This document shows positions 25,949 to 38,760 of a stretch of 64,000 nucleotides of DNA, piece after piece. The notes under the pieces were generated by a model, which did no database searches, was not told the DNA's origin, and saw only the letters and a list, made by a program, of their open reading frames with translations. Position 1 is the stretch's first letter; every line of letters starts with the position of its first letter. The stretch is from Octopus vulgaris. Lineage: Eukaryota. The stretch covers positions 19,778,001-19,842,000 of the forward strand of contig OX597820.1 of NCBI GenBank assembly GCA_951406725.2. The letters run 5' to 3'. The position numbers were made by a program, and so were the translations under genes.

Positions 25949-26914
25949 CTACTCACGTAAATTTATTATTATTGTTTGGATAGTTCCAGTTAAATAACTC
26001 CAGAAGTTAGTTTAAATATATATACATGCTCAAGTACCGTGAATTCCCATTCTACAAACTGGCAAACAATTCCGTGAATACTTTACCTGGCAAGGCTGGG
26101 TACTAAGTCTAGTAAAATTATATAATTGTGACAAATTTGTTTTTTTGTTTTTTTTAGCATGAACTCGTTTAGAAACATAATTCCATCAATTTTCTATCGG
26201 ATTCAAATCCGGGCTATGCGGAGGACACTCAATAACCGTCATATTGCGCTCAAAAAATATTGTAAAAACTTAACTGGCCTTGTGAACGAAGCAATTGTCC
26301 TGCTGGCTAAGAGAGCCCGGTGGTATACGATTATTTAAATATGGCGGGACATGACAAGACTTCCGCCCCGCCCTCGTCGCCAAACCACCCGTTAAAAAAA
26401 TTGTTTTTTCGACACAAACCCCACTTTTCGGCTACGGGGAATACGAATCTGTAAAAAAAAAAATTGGCAAAAATCAGCATTTTTAAATTACCACCCCACC
26501 CCCATTTCCTTCATTTTAAAACTTTTTTCAGATTTTTTTTTTTTTTGAAAATATGCGGAAAAATACGGAGATTATGATTCTGAAAAAAATTTCCTAAAAT
26601 TCGTGTGACATTTTTTTTTTTAAGAATTTTTTTTTTCTAAATATGTAGAAAAATACGGACATTATGATTCGGACAAAAATTTCAAAACATTTCTGTACAT
26701 ACGGTTAGTGTTGGGGGAAAAAAGTTAAAATTGAAGAATTGCGGGTGGGAAGAGGGGGGGGGGGGGGGGAATTTAACAATGCCGATTTTTAGCAATTTTC
26801 CGGAACCTCCGTATTCGCATACGGGGATTTTTGGCAAAAAAAAAAAAAAAATTTTTAATAAACAATTTTGGGAGAAAATGGGTTGGGGGATGGTCGGAAG
26901 TCTTTCCCAGCACA

Positions 26915-27593
26915 TTTTAATTAACTAATTGCAGATAGCCTACACTGTTCAGTCTGCCATCAAGCTTACAATTGGATCAACACCCAAATTCCTGAACACG
27001 GCTAACACCCTTACCCCTCCTCCACCGCTCGCTTGCGCCGTTTTCTTTACATACTTAAGACGGAATTCTTCGGTTGGATGGCGTCTAACATAAATTTTTC
27101 CGTCTGATCCAAAGATCCCGAAGCAGGATTCGTCGCTCCAAAAAACTTGGGATCAGTCTTCGGCCGTCCATTCAATATGGCTTTTAGCAAGCTTGGTCCC
27201 CTTCCGCAGGTTCGTCTCAGAAATTATCGGCTTCTTTCGAGCGATCCGGCCGAACAATCCAAATTCTTTTAGGCGGTTTCTGACAGTTTGTGGTGTAAAG
27301 CTGATGTCCAATAATCAGATAATTGCTTGCAAATGTCCACTGCTGTTAGCATTCGGTTGTCTTCAAAGAGCCTATGAATTCGCCGATCCATCTTTATTGT
27401 TGTTTTTCTCGGAAGCGCCCGTTCTTTGCCGATCTTTGTATTGGCCAGTGGCTTGGTAAAACTTCCATGCTTGAACACAAGCCGTTTTGCTGCATCCTAA
27501 TTGCTTGCTAATGTTCATGAAGGATACATTTTTCTGATGAAGCAACACGACCTTTGATCTAGTAACTGGGCTGATACTACAACGCTTTCCTAT
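26915..27593 (-). mobile_element. Tc1-type transposase pseudogene fragment
   Basis: (I)GKRCSISPVTRSKVVLLHQ...ISKQLGCSKTAC (paired-like HTH), PRKTT, RIARKKP and VFWSDESCF motifs, with frameshifts and stops. Confidence 0.85.
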
Positions 27594-27647
27594 TGCGAAA
27601 ATAATGGGTAACAATGCTCGATTAATAAACAAAACAGTGCAGTACAA

Positions 27648-28742
27648 CCTATTTCTTTATTACCCACTAGGGGCGAACATAGATGGGACAATACAATCTG
27701 ATGATGGGGTCAGACACACAAATGGGTTTTACAAAAAAGCGAATTTTAAAAATTTACAGAAATTTACAAAAATAGCAAGAAATCGAATGTTGGAACAGAC
27801 CGGAAGACATTACGGGTGGAGTGGGTGCGGGTTTAGCTCGGACCCCACGAGCCCCGCCTCCCCACTGATACTTTTGGTTTCGTTTGGTTTTACATTTATG
27901 TTGTATCATTCACTCGCAACTTTCGTGCTACATCTTTCCATCGTTCTTCATACACTCTCCTAGTCAGGCATATTCTCTCCAGCCTTATCTTCCTTTTCAG
28001 GTGAAAGATGAAATAATTCATCAAACCAGGGCCGGAGATGAACTTGCCTGACTGTAGACCTTTCATTCTCGTCTTCCATATCACCTCTTTCGCAATTGCT
28101 ACTACAACGAGAAAACGAAACTTACCTTCATTCGCGAGGAAATCCGGTGGGTCAATTTTTGTAATCGACTCAGTCGACAGCTGTACTCTTCGTGTATTTG
28201 ACAACAGCTGTTCGGCATAAACCCACACCTCAGACACGTCCGGACAATGAACAATAGCGTGCGGGACGGTTTCCCTGTCCCGCCCGCATCTTGGACATAT
28301 CGGACTGTCTCGGCCACCGTGCCTTGCGAGTTTATCCCGAACAGGTAGAGCTCCTCTGTAGCATTGCCATGCCAGAGACTTCTGGAAGTTGTCCAGTGTC
28401 TTCGGCTTGAACGTACGTCGGAACAGACTGGCCAGCTGATTATCGTCGAGACCTAGGGTTTCCCCAAGGTATCTTCACATTCCGCCTCTACCAACCCTCT
28501 ATAGAAGAATGTGGTGGAACCCCCACCGCAGGCGTTACCCGAACGACGGAATAGCAGGAGAGCCTTGCGACACTCCGTGTACCAAGTACCAAGTTTCGAT
28601 CTACGATTCAGCCAGGTTTCCCATCCACCGAAACTAGTGAACTTGGGAAACATCAGTTTTGCTAGCGGAGACCACACCCGTTCACCATCCAGGTAGAGCC
28701 ACAGATGTCTTAACCTCAGCGCATGTCTGCGCATCATCAGCC
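27648..28742 (-). mobile_element. 5'-truncated L1/Tx1-clade LINE (ORF2 C-terminus, zinc knuckle, complete 3'UTR)
   Basis: RRHALRLRHLWLYLD...; CPRCGRDRETVPHAIVHC (CCHC knuckle); 3'UTR ends GCCCCTAGTGGGTAATAAAGAAATAG. Confidence 0.85.
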
Positions 28743-29310
28743 ATTAAAATAATTCGAACTGTAGATTTGATTCCTAGAAGTATAAAGAGAACAGGAATTT
28801 ATATCCGTTATGAGAGTCTGCCGAATGTCGTTGAACAGGAGGAATTGATGGAGCTCATAACAGACGAGAGATTTAAAAAAAAGAGACTATAAACTGTATA
28901 AAAGAACAGTAAAATGAAACTACTAGCTTTGGGAGGCTCGCAAGCCATTCCATTCTATTCATTATAAATATTCCATTTCATAATTATTCGTCGCTATATG
29001 TTTTGTGTTGTCTGTCCGTGTTTGTCCCCTTCTATTTTGGGCCTTGTGGCTAATAAAAAAATCATTAAATTATTCGAACTGTAGAAAGATATACAACGCC
29101 TATATCATTAAAAAGAGAAAAAAATTCTACATAGACTGTTAAAAGTAAAATAATTTTATACAATTTTGTTAAAAATGTATTAATGAAAGAATAGAACAGT
29201 CAGCGTCGGTCTTAATCTTATTTTGGCCAGTGCAGTTCAACCTACACAAGTTAACGGGCGGAAAACAAGATAGGAATTTTGAAAGAAGTTTCTATAAAAC
29301 TTATAAAACA

Positions 29311-29698
29311 GGCGCAGGAGTGGCTGTGTCGTAAGTAGCTTGCTAACCAACCACATGGTTCCGGGTTCAGTCCCACTGCGTGGCATCTTGGGCAAGTGTC
29401 TTCTGCTATAGCCCCGGGCCGACCAATGCCTTGTGAGTGGATTTGGTAGACGGAAACTGAAAGAAGCCTGTCGTATATATGTATATATATGCATGTGTGT
29501 GTGTCTGTGTTTGTCCCCCTAGCATTGCTTGACAACCGATGCTGGTGTGTTTACGTCCCCGTCACTTAGCGGTTCGGCAAAAGAGACCGATAGAATAAGT
29601 ACTGGGCTTACAAAGAATAAGTCCCGGGGTCGATTTGCTCGACTAAAGGTGGTGCTCCAGCATGGCCGCAGTCAAATGACTGAAACAAGTAAAAGAGA
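29311..29698 (+). mobile_element. Full-length tRNA-derived CORE-type SINE (octopus OR-like); many copies, e.g. 46862-47236, 51914-52279 (+); 17590-17992, 41905-42495, 51154-51530, 53386-53780, 57460-57855 (-)
   Basis: tRNA-like head (GTGGCTGTGTGGTAAG...GGTTCAGTCCC), CORE-like C(C/T)TTGGGCAAGTG, internal TA/TG microsatellite, tail GACTGAAACAAGTAAAAGAG. Confidence 0.85.
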
Positions 29699-29785
29699 AA
29701 GAGAAAGAGAAAAGAGAAAAACTATTTTAAGACATCGAATGACTAATCAAACAGTAATCAAAGAGGGCCATAGATAAAATGGTTG

Positions 29786-30194
29786 GGATCTTTTCGGGTT
29801 GAACGGCAGTTTTTTCTAGCAGTGTCATATGAAATTGTCACCCATAATTATGACCCTAGTATCGATCTATTGCATTTCAATCTGTTTTAGGGTTAGGGGT
29901 GGGGGGAAGGGTCTCTTTTTTTCTTCACAAATGTAAATAAACCCAATCTGTTTCTTAAACGAGGGACATATTCATACGGCACAGAATGCTTTTTAACTCA
30001 ATAGACGTCAGTGACTGGTTGAAATTGCAGAAATTGAAGAAAAAACAACAAATATCTTACAAACTATAGAATTTTCTCAATAAAGCCAAGAGAAAAAGAT
30101 GTTTTATAAACACATTCTACCAGTATACGAAGTTAAAAATTTTTTAGTTACCTAGAAATTATGTTAAAAACTGCCGTTCAAACCGAAAAGATCC
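29786..30194. mobile_element. MITE with 29-bp TIRs and an 8-bp TSD (Merlin-like by inference)
   Basis: AATGGTTG|GGATCTTTTCGGGTTGAACGGCAGTTTTT...AAAAACTGCCGTTCAAACCGAAAAGATCC|AATGGTTG. Confidence 0.75.
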
Positions 30195-30749
30195 AATGGT
30201 TGAGAACGCCTGTACTAGAGTGTTCCATGTAGTTAGTGGCATAGCTAGAGAGTGTGCTGTCCGGGGGAAGCCCCTCAGTCTACCGACGCTTCCCGTCAAT
30301 GTGCAGGCTTACAAAATACACCCAAGAATGCCACCATCATAAAGGCTTCGCCTGGAGAAGACTTTCCCCCATCACCCCGGTTACGCTTTTGCACATAGCA
30401 ACATTTGACACTGAAATATCAGAAATATATGTTTGTTTTTCAAGAGATTAAGTCTGTCTGACCTTGAGATGGAAATAGTACGTGTAACTGATAAGCAGTG
30501 AAGAATAACTAGAAAATATCGACCGTCAGAGTGCCAAACTCGCAGAAAACCATAAGTGGACCGAAATTCAAGCAATTTCAATGCTAGACAAAGAACTGAT
30601 ATTTAATAACTTGGAATTCAACTCTGGTTAACCATCTAATAGATAATTTACAGTATTATATCGAACATCTTTCCAGTTTTGTTGTCTGCCGTTTTGTGAT
30701 CATAAAACGAAAGATCGACTCCCAACTGTGATTTTCTTTTTTGTTTAAA

Positions 30750-30845
30750 TGTATGCATGTATGTATGTATGTATGTATGTATGTATGTATGTATGTATGT
30801 ATGTATGTATGTATGTATGTATGTGTGTGTGTGTGTATCTGTCTG

Positions 30846-30917
<72 letters not shown>
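30750..30917. repeat. Compound microsatellite (TATG)n(TG)n(TCTA)n
   Basis: Directly visible; source of the spurious MYVC/YLSI ORFs. Confidence 0.95.
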
Positions 30918-30918
<1 letters not shown>

Positions 30919-31071
30919 TCATCCAGCCACCCAGCCATCTGTTTAGGTTCGTGATATCAACAATGTTTACATAAATATACATATATAAACGTTGATGTCA
31001 TCTACTTAATGTTTTGTTTAAATGCTTTTCAGCTGCGGTATTTTCTCCAAGGAAATAAATGTATGTATGTA

Positions 31072-31125
<54 letters not shown>

Positions 31126-31625
31126 CATACATACACACACAAGCACATACATACAGTATATTGATTAGTGCGTTGTACGAAAATCAAGGTCTGAGTCAGT
31201 TATGAAACTTTACAATTACGTGTGTGTGCGCGCGCGCACTCAAGTGAAAACAATTATTATATACATAAAACTTCCTCATTTTGGACGTATACACAGACAA
31301 GCACGTACGTATACACGCATGAACGCACACACAAAGTGCCTGTGGACTCATCTGCAACATAAGAACCATTCAACAATGTTGAGCTTACGTAACTCTTCGC
31401 AACATTTCGTGTTTTGATTCGTCCGGACCGATACGTTATGTGCTAAAAATAATTTACTTTGGATTTTTTAGTAGAAATTTTATAAAGAAATTTAAAACAA
31501 ATACCCGACAAATTATTTAAAAATAAAAGTGAATTAAAAATATATTGCATTCTTGTGCGAGAAGTTTTTACTTTTTAATATGAATCATATATTTCTTTAA
31601 TAACAGCTATTTCATTAAAGTTGCT

Positions 31626-32156
31626 ATATCTATAATTACTTTAAAACTGGCTTTGTTTTCGATGTGAATTTTGTTGTTCAGACCCAAAATAAAGCTTGAT
31701 AGAGCAGATCAAAAGATGACCCAGCCATAGGTAAATTCTAGACCACATAATACAATGTGGCCGCATTTTTAAGAAACCAGGGCAGGATATTGAACTTTCG
31801 TTGGTTCTGTCTGTCCATTGTCGTTTAGCCAAAGGTCTGTCCCCAACAACAAGACCTATTAGCAAAGGTGTTCCAAATGTGACCCCTGCTATCTATAATT
31901 ACTTTAAAACTGGCTTTGTTTTCGATGTGAATTTTGTTGTTCAGACCCAAAATAAAGCTTGATAGAGCAGATCAAAAGATGACCCAGCCATAGGGTAATT
32001 CTAGACCACATAATACAATGTGGTCGCATTTTTCAGAAACCAGAGTAGGATATTGAACTTTCGTTGGGTCTGTCTGTCCATTGTTGTTTAGCCAAAGGTC
32101 TGTCCCCAACAACAAGACCTATTAGCAAAGATGTTCCGAATGTGACCCCTGCTATC
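31626..32156. repeat. 263-bp tandem duplication upstream of LC3
   Basis: TCTATAATTACTTTAAAACTGG recurs at 31629 and 31892; the copies differ by about ten substitutions. Confidence 0.9.
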
Positions 32157-32394
32157 TTATTATAAGGCCTAGTGTATCTAGTGCTATATCATTCGATGTG
32201 TCCTTTTTTTTTTTCGTTTTTGTTAATGCAACGGAGGTGAAATTCGGAGAGATTCAGCTTTTGTTTCTAGCAGGTCAAGCGCCTTCGTCGATGTGAACGT
32301 TATATTGTTGCTGATGATATATCATTAATTCCATCAAGTATATATTAAGACACTCCTAAGTCAGGACTAATTACAATTATTTATTTATCTGGCA

Positions 32395-32570
32395 AATAAA
32401 CAACTCCGCCAAATTGTTTGTTTTGATAAACAATGTTGCACAAGTTCAACATGTGCGTGTCTTCTCATTCCTGTCGATTACGTCACAAACTTTACGCAGT
32501 TCACGTGTTTTACGCATTCCGATTGGTTAACGAAATATCAATTCCACCAATCGCTGCTATCTGTTTATTT
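32395..32570 (+). promoter_or_regulatory. Putative LC3 proximal promoter motif cluster
   Basis: About 330-500 bp upstream of the ATG: forkhead-like ATAAACA (32426) and TGTTTAT (32562), E-boxes CATGTG (32450) and TCACGTG (32501), CRE/ATF-like TTACGTCA (32478), ATTGG (32522) and CCAAT (32547). TSS cannot be determined from sequence alone. Confidence 0.5.
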
Positions 32571-32899
32571 ATTATTATTAACCTCGCACATGTACATCGT
32601 ATTTTGGCTGTTCTAGAAATATTCCTTACCCCCACACAAACAGATAGAATTATTTTGGTTTTCTCTATTAACTTTACGCTAAAAAAGCGATAAATTGTTT
32701 TGAATAATTTCGAAAAAACATTAAATAATCACATATGAGTTAAATTATCTGTATTAGGAAATCTGTGGTGGTAATTATGCAGCTTTTTCCTGAGAGTTCC
32801 GTTGAGGTGTACTCTTAATTCGGGTCAGTACCTAATAAACCTGACAGACACAACAGCTTGTTTCTACGCATATGAACACCTTTATACGCTGGAATCGAA

Positions 32900-32942
32900 A
32901 TGAGCGATTCAACGAAACCATTCCGAGAAAGACGACCTTTTG
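32900..32942 (+). CDS. MAP1LC3: LC3/ATG8-family autophagy protein, coding exon 1 (MSDSTKPFRERRPF + first base of Ala codon)
   Basis: ATG at 32900 (GAAATGA context); translation aligns with the LC3 N-terminus (cf. MPSEKTFKQRRTF); phase-1 donor G|GTATGT at 32943, same intron position as vertebrate MAP1LC3 genes. Confidence 0.9.
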
Positions 32943-34150
32943 GTATGTATACAGTTATAAATTTGTTTAACGTGATGTGTATAACCGTTAGTATAACGTT
33001 GTGATCGAAGTTATGTAACTATTATTTATCACATATGCTGCTAACCCGAAGCTGATAAACATACCCAGCATGTATATATATATATATATATATGTGTGTA
33101 TGTGTAAATGTAAAAAAATACAAACTGGGACAAGAACGTGAAACATTTAGAAGACGATACAAAAAACACGGACGGGACATTCGAAGCCTTCAATCTTCAG
33201 TCAAGAACCAGATCATCTTCGCAATTTCGGCTATATATATATATATTTGTGTGTGTGTGTGTGTGTGTGTGTACACGAATAAGCACGTAAACGCAAAACA
33301 AGGTGGAAAAGGTGTGTGTATAATATATACACGTTGCAATATCAAACGAGTATTCAATTTTTTAAATAGATCCTTTATGATAAAATAGACTGATGCTTTT
33401 GTCTGAACCCGAGATATACACGATTGGTCAGACCTTATGTTAGAAGGCATTCCACCCGAGACCATCCTGTCTTTTTACCAGGCGGTGGACGTCCCAGGAC
33501 CGCATTATCGAATCTATCCTTTATAACAAAGTAGTGTGTTATTTGAGACAGATTTAGCTGCTGTTTCTAGCATCCCAGACAACCCCTGCAGAGGTTCCCT
33601 CGATACCTGATCGCAGATATTCTTTTATACGTTTCACCCTGAAGGCTGTGGCCATTTAGCTATACACGATCGATCACGTTTTCAATCTTGCGTATTGGTT
33701 CGGATTTTTCCATTTCTTATACGGTTATATTTATGAAATAAACCCCAAACCTCGATTTGCACCAATAAGATGCTTATTAAATCATTATAATAATTATAAA
33801 ACTATTATTATTGTTTTCATTTATCCCTCATGATTGAATTTCTCTCGAAAAGCCCCGATTTTCATTTCAAATCCACCAGGTTGCATGTATAGCTCTTGAT
33901 CGCCTTCACCATTTCTGCTACTAACTTCCTGTAGATTATTTCGATCTACATCTAGCAGTCATCACAATCTGTTACCTGTTACATATATTCCCTCACATTT
34001 CCCCCCAAACTATTAATATTAAACCAGAATTCCGCTTATCACAGTTTTTTCTTTTTTCTTTCGTCTTTTAGTGGTTCAAGTTTGTTTACTTACTCTCCAT
34101 TGAAGCTACCTTTTGAATTTTCATTTTCATTTAATGAAAACCCAATAGCT

Positions 34151-34189
<39 letters not shown>

Positions 34190-34316
34190 TACTTCTGTTT
34201 ATATTAAATGCTAGTTGTATATATATATTTATAGCCTACGTAGACAACTGACGAAACAGCTAGGGCCATATTGCTTGAGGCAAAGAAAAAACACTTATTA
34301 CTTGATGCAATAGAGT

Positions 34317-34575
34317 TATTACATTTATAAGCCGACTGGTGAATTATATCGATAATAATGACGGTACCGTGAGAAAGATGCCGAACACGAGAGCAAAATC
34401 GGAAGCCAAAATGATAAATATATAAATATATATATATGATTTTTATTTCTAATAGGAATGTTGGGGGGTCACGATGCTCTTGATTTTAGCTTTTAATTTT
34501 GCTCTCGTGTTCGGCATCTTTCTCTCGGTATCGTCGTTATCGATATAATTCACTAGTCGGCTTATAAATGTAATA
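34317..34575. repeat. Foldback/MITE-like inverted repeat (~95-bp arms)
   Basis: TATTACATTTATAAGCCGACT...GAGAGCAAAAT is mirrored by ATTTTGCTCTC...AGTCGGCTTATAAATGTAATA. Confidence 0.8.
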
Positions 34576-35518
34576 TAATAAAATATAAATTTGAGATTTG
34601 TGCTGGCAAAAATGCACTACCCTGTGTTTCACTCACTATATTAATTTCTATAAGTATGTTGCGCATTAAATTTCTTGTTGTGTCCCCCCTTCGCTTCTTA
34701 ATTGGCAGGCTACTTAATTAGCAGTGTCTAATTAAATCGGAAGGTAAAAAATGCTTTTACGTTGAAGAAAATCGAATTCAATGTCCAGTATACAGACGAG
34801 GAGAATAAAAATGTAGATTTAAGCTTCTGATGTTAATCATTAAGGTGTATGAATAAAAGATTCTGTAGAAATTACGTAGTGGTTGGTCTATGTTGGTAAA
34901 TATTTAGTGAAATTCTCATATGCCTTGGGAAGAGAAATAATTCCTCTCCACTCTATCTTAGAAAGGGACAGACCCGAAACGTCAGCATTTTTTTCTTGTT
35001 TTACCAAGACATACGAACTCATTTGCATTTACGAATTTCGCTTAAATTCTTTTTGTTGTAGTCAAACTCATTTGCTTATTACTAAATCCCTTCTGAGGAA
35101 AGCTATTTGCATATCATAAGGTCATCATCATTTTCCGTTTTTCCATCTTGGCTTAGGTAGGACGGGTCTTTTTGAGGAGGTACTTTACGGCCGGATGTCC
35201 TTTTGGGAGCCAACTGTTTTTAGTTGCCGCTTACGACCGACATTTATACTTTCTGCTTATTTTTTAACGAAAGCAGAGACACTTTGTTCAAAAGTCGGCG
35301 AAGGTAAAGAATACGCATACTCGGTGTTTAGGGTTAGGGTTACGCCGAAAACGGGTGGTATGCGTTCTTTTTACCTCCGCCTAAGTGTCTTGTATACTAT
35401 AATATGGCCAGACCAAGGTAGAAGGTGATAAACACATACACACACACACACACATATACATGGCCGGCTGCCATACAGCTTCTGTCTTCCAGATTCACTC
35501 ACAAGGTATTGGTCAGCC

Positions 35519-35903
35519 ATGTGGAGGCGCAATGGCCCAGTGGTTAGGGCAGCGGACCCGCAGTCATAGGATCGCGGTTTCGATTCCCAGACCGGGCGTT
35601 GCGAGTGTTTATTGAGCGAAAACACCTAAAGCTCCACGAGGCTCCGGCAGGGATGGTAGTGATCCCTGCTGTACTCTTTCACCACAACTTTCTCTCAATC
35701 TTACTTCCTGTTTCTGTTGTACCTGTATTTCAAAGGGCCGGCCTTGTCACTCTCTGCGTCACGCTGAATATCCCCGAGAACTATGTTAAGGGTACACGTG
35801 TCTGTGGAGTGCTCAGCCACTTATACGTTAATTTCACGAGCAGGCTGTTCCGTTGATTCGGATCAACCGGAACCCTCGTCGTCGTAACCGACGGAGTGCT
35901 TCC
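35519..35903 (+). mobile_element. Full-length tRNA-derived SINE (second family) inserted into a CORE-SINE; related copies at 24082-24385 and ~10560-10763(-)
   Basis: Head GGAGGCGCAATGGCCCAGTGGTTAGGGC...GGTTTCGATTCCC; 11-bp TSD ATTGGTCAGCC (35508-35518, 35904-35914). Confidence 0.85.
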
Positions 35904-38723
35904 ATTGGTCAGCCTGGACCTATGATAAAGGACACTTTCCCAAGGTGCTGCACGGTGGGATTGAACCTGAAACCACATGGTTGCAAAGCGAGCTTCTTGA
36001 CCACACAGCCATTTCACTGTCCAGGATTTGTAAATTTTATCAACTTCTGGAAGGACGAAAGGGACACTTCACCTCAGCAGGATTTGAACTCAGAGCACAG
36101 AGAGTAAAAAAAAAAAAAAAAGATAAAATAAGATATATCTTTTGTCTTTTAGTTGTTTTAGTAATTAGAGTGTGGCCATGCTGGGGCACTGCCTTGAATT
36201 TTAGTTGAACAAATCGACCCTGTATTTATTATTTTTTAAGCCTGGTACTTATTCTGTCAGACTCTTTTGTTGAACTGCTAAGTTACAGGGATGTAAAGAC
36301 ACCAACAATGGTTGTCAGGTGGTGGTGGCAGTGGTGGGACACACACATGATGGGATTCTTTTAGATTCCATCTACCAAATCCTCTCATTAGGCTTTGGTC
36401 AACCCAAAGCTATAGTAAAAGACACTGGCCCAAGGTGCCATGCAGTGGGACTGAACCAAGAACTATGTGACTGGAAAGCAAGCTTCTTAACCGCACAGCC
36501 ACACCTCCACCTGGATTTTCTTCTAACCTGTAACAAGTTGGCCAATTTGCTGTTTGTTATTTTTTTGATACAAATTTATCATTTTATTCTTCCAACACCA
36601 AAATAATAATATACAAAATAACATACTTCACTTTTTTGGGCCTCATGGAGGCAAGATGGCCGAGTTCCTTTCGAGCGTTGGGCCCTCATGGAGGCAATGC
36701 CAAGACTTTTGGCATTATGCCATTCTTAAGAAGAAGATCCATTGAGCCGAGTAAAATCGCAGTCGTGGCTGATATTGGTGTCATGCAAATTGGCACCTGT
36801 GCCAGTGGCACATAAACACACCCTGGTGTCAGGCAATTGGCATGTAAAAGCACCCATTACACTCTCAGAGTGGTTGGCATTATGGGCATCTAGCTGTAGA
36901 AAACCATGTCAAATCAGACTGGAGCCTGGCATAGCCTTCCAGTGTACCAGCCCAGTCAAACTGTCCAACCCATGCCAGCATGGACAACAGACATTAAATG
37001 ATGATGATGATGCTGATTCTCATATTGTAACTATTGTAAAGCATATAAAAAGCACCATCTGAATGTGGCTGATGCCAGTGCCACCTTGACTGGCTCCTGT
37101 GCTGGGGGCACGTGACCTGCTGCGCTTGAGGAGACCTATTGAGTCAAGTACTTCAAAATAAATATCAAATGGAAATTGTAGTTGTGATACCTGTGTCGGT
37201 GGCACGTAAGAAGCACCATCCGAATGTGTCCGCTGTCAGCACTGCCTTGACTGACACCTGTGCCGGTGGCACGTAAAAAGCACCCACTACACTCATGGAG
37301 TGGTTGGCATTAGGAAGGGCATCAAGCTGTAGAAACACTGCCAGATCAGATTGGAGCCTGGTGCAGCCTCCTGGTTTCCCAGACCCCGGTCAAACTGTCC
37401 AACCCATGCTAGCATGGAAAACGGACGTTAAATGATGATGATGATGATGATGATTTATTTTGACTAGGGACAAAGCCAAATTTGGTTGGGAATCTGTATA
37501 GTTGACTGATCAAACACCAGTGTTTTCATCATCATTATTGTTTTAACTTCCACTTGTCCATGTTTGCATGGGTGAGATGAAGTTTATTGAGGCAGATCTT
37601 CTATGGCCAGGAGCCCTTCCTGTTACCAAACCTTATCTGTTTCTTCATGTGGTAATATTTCCCCATGACCAGACATGTTTACACAAAATATTAGAAGTAA
37701 ATGATACCACATGTACGACAGTGGAACTCATTTACAAATATCGTATGATTGCTAGACAAGGAGATGCAAACACACACACACACACAGGTGCAGGTGTGGC
37801 TGTGTGGTAAGAAGCTGGCTTTCCAACCACATGTTTCCAGGTTCAGTTCCACTGCATAGCACAATTGAGCAAGTGTCTTTTACTATAGCTTTGGGCTGAC
37901 CAAAGCCTTGTGAGTGGATTTGGTAGATGGAAACTGAAAGAAGCCCATCGTGTATATATGTATGTGTGTGCGTTTGTTATTTGTGTCTGTGTTTGTCCCC
38001 CCACCACCATTGCTTCCCAACTGATGTTGGTGTGTTTATGTCCTCGTTACTTAGCGGTTCGGCAAAAGAGAACGATAGAATAAGTACTAGGCTTACAAGA
38101 AATAAGTCCCGGGGTTGATTTGTTTGACTAAAGGTGGTGCTTTACTTGTTTCAGTCATTTGACTGCGGCCATGCTGGAGCACTGCCTTGAAGGGTTTTAG
38201 CTGAACAAAAAATTGACCCCAGGACTTATTCCTTGTAAGCCTAGTATTTATTCTGCTGGTCTCTTTTGCCGAACCGCTAAGTTACGGGGTCGTAAACACA
38301 CCAACATCTGTTGTTAAGTGATGGTGAAGGAACCACATAAATATATATACATATATGCGATAGGCTTCTTTCAGTTTCCATCTACCAAATCCACTCACAA
38401 CGCTTTGGTTAGCCTAAGGCTGTAGTAGAAGACACTTGCCCAAGGTGCCACACAGTGGGACTGAACCCAAAACCATGTGGTTGGGAAGCAAGCTTCTTAC
38501 AACACAACCATCATCATCATCATTTAGCGTCCGTTTTCCATGCTAGCATGGGTTGGACAGTTCAGCTGGGGTCTGTGAAGCCGGAAGGCTGCATCAGGCC
38601 CAGTCAGATCTGGCAGTGTTTCTACGGCTGGATGCCCTTCCTAACGCCAACCACTCCGTGAGTGTAGTGGGTGCTTTTTACGTGCCACCCGTACAGGTGC
38701 CAGACAGAGCTGGCAAACGGCCA

Positions 38724-38760
<37 letters not shown>

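Noticed and set aside
33155-33225. Weak hammerhead-like strings (also at ~17172-17215 and ~46420-46480)
   Set aside because: The core or stems are too damaged to support a call.
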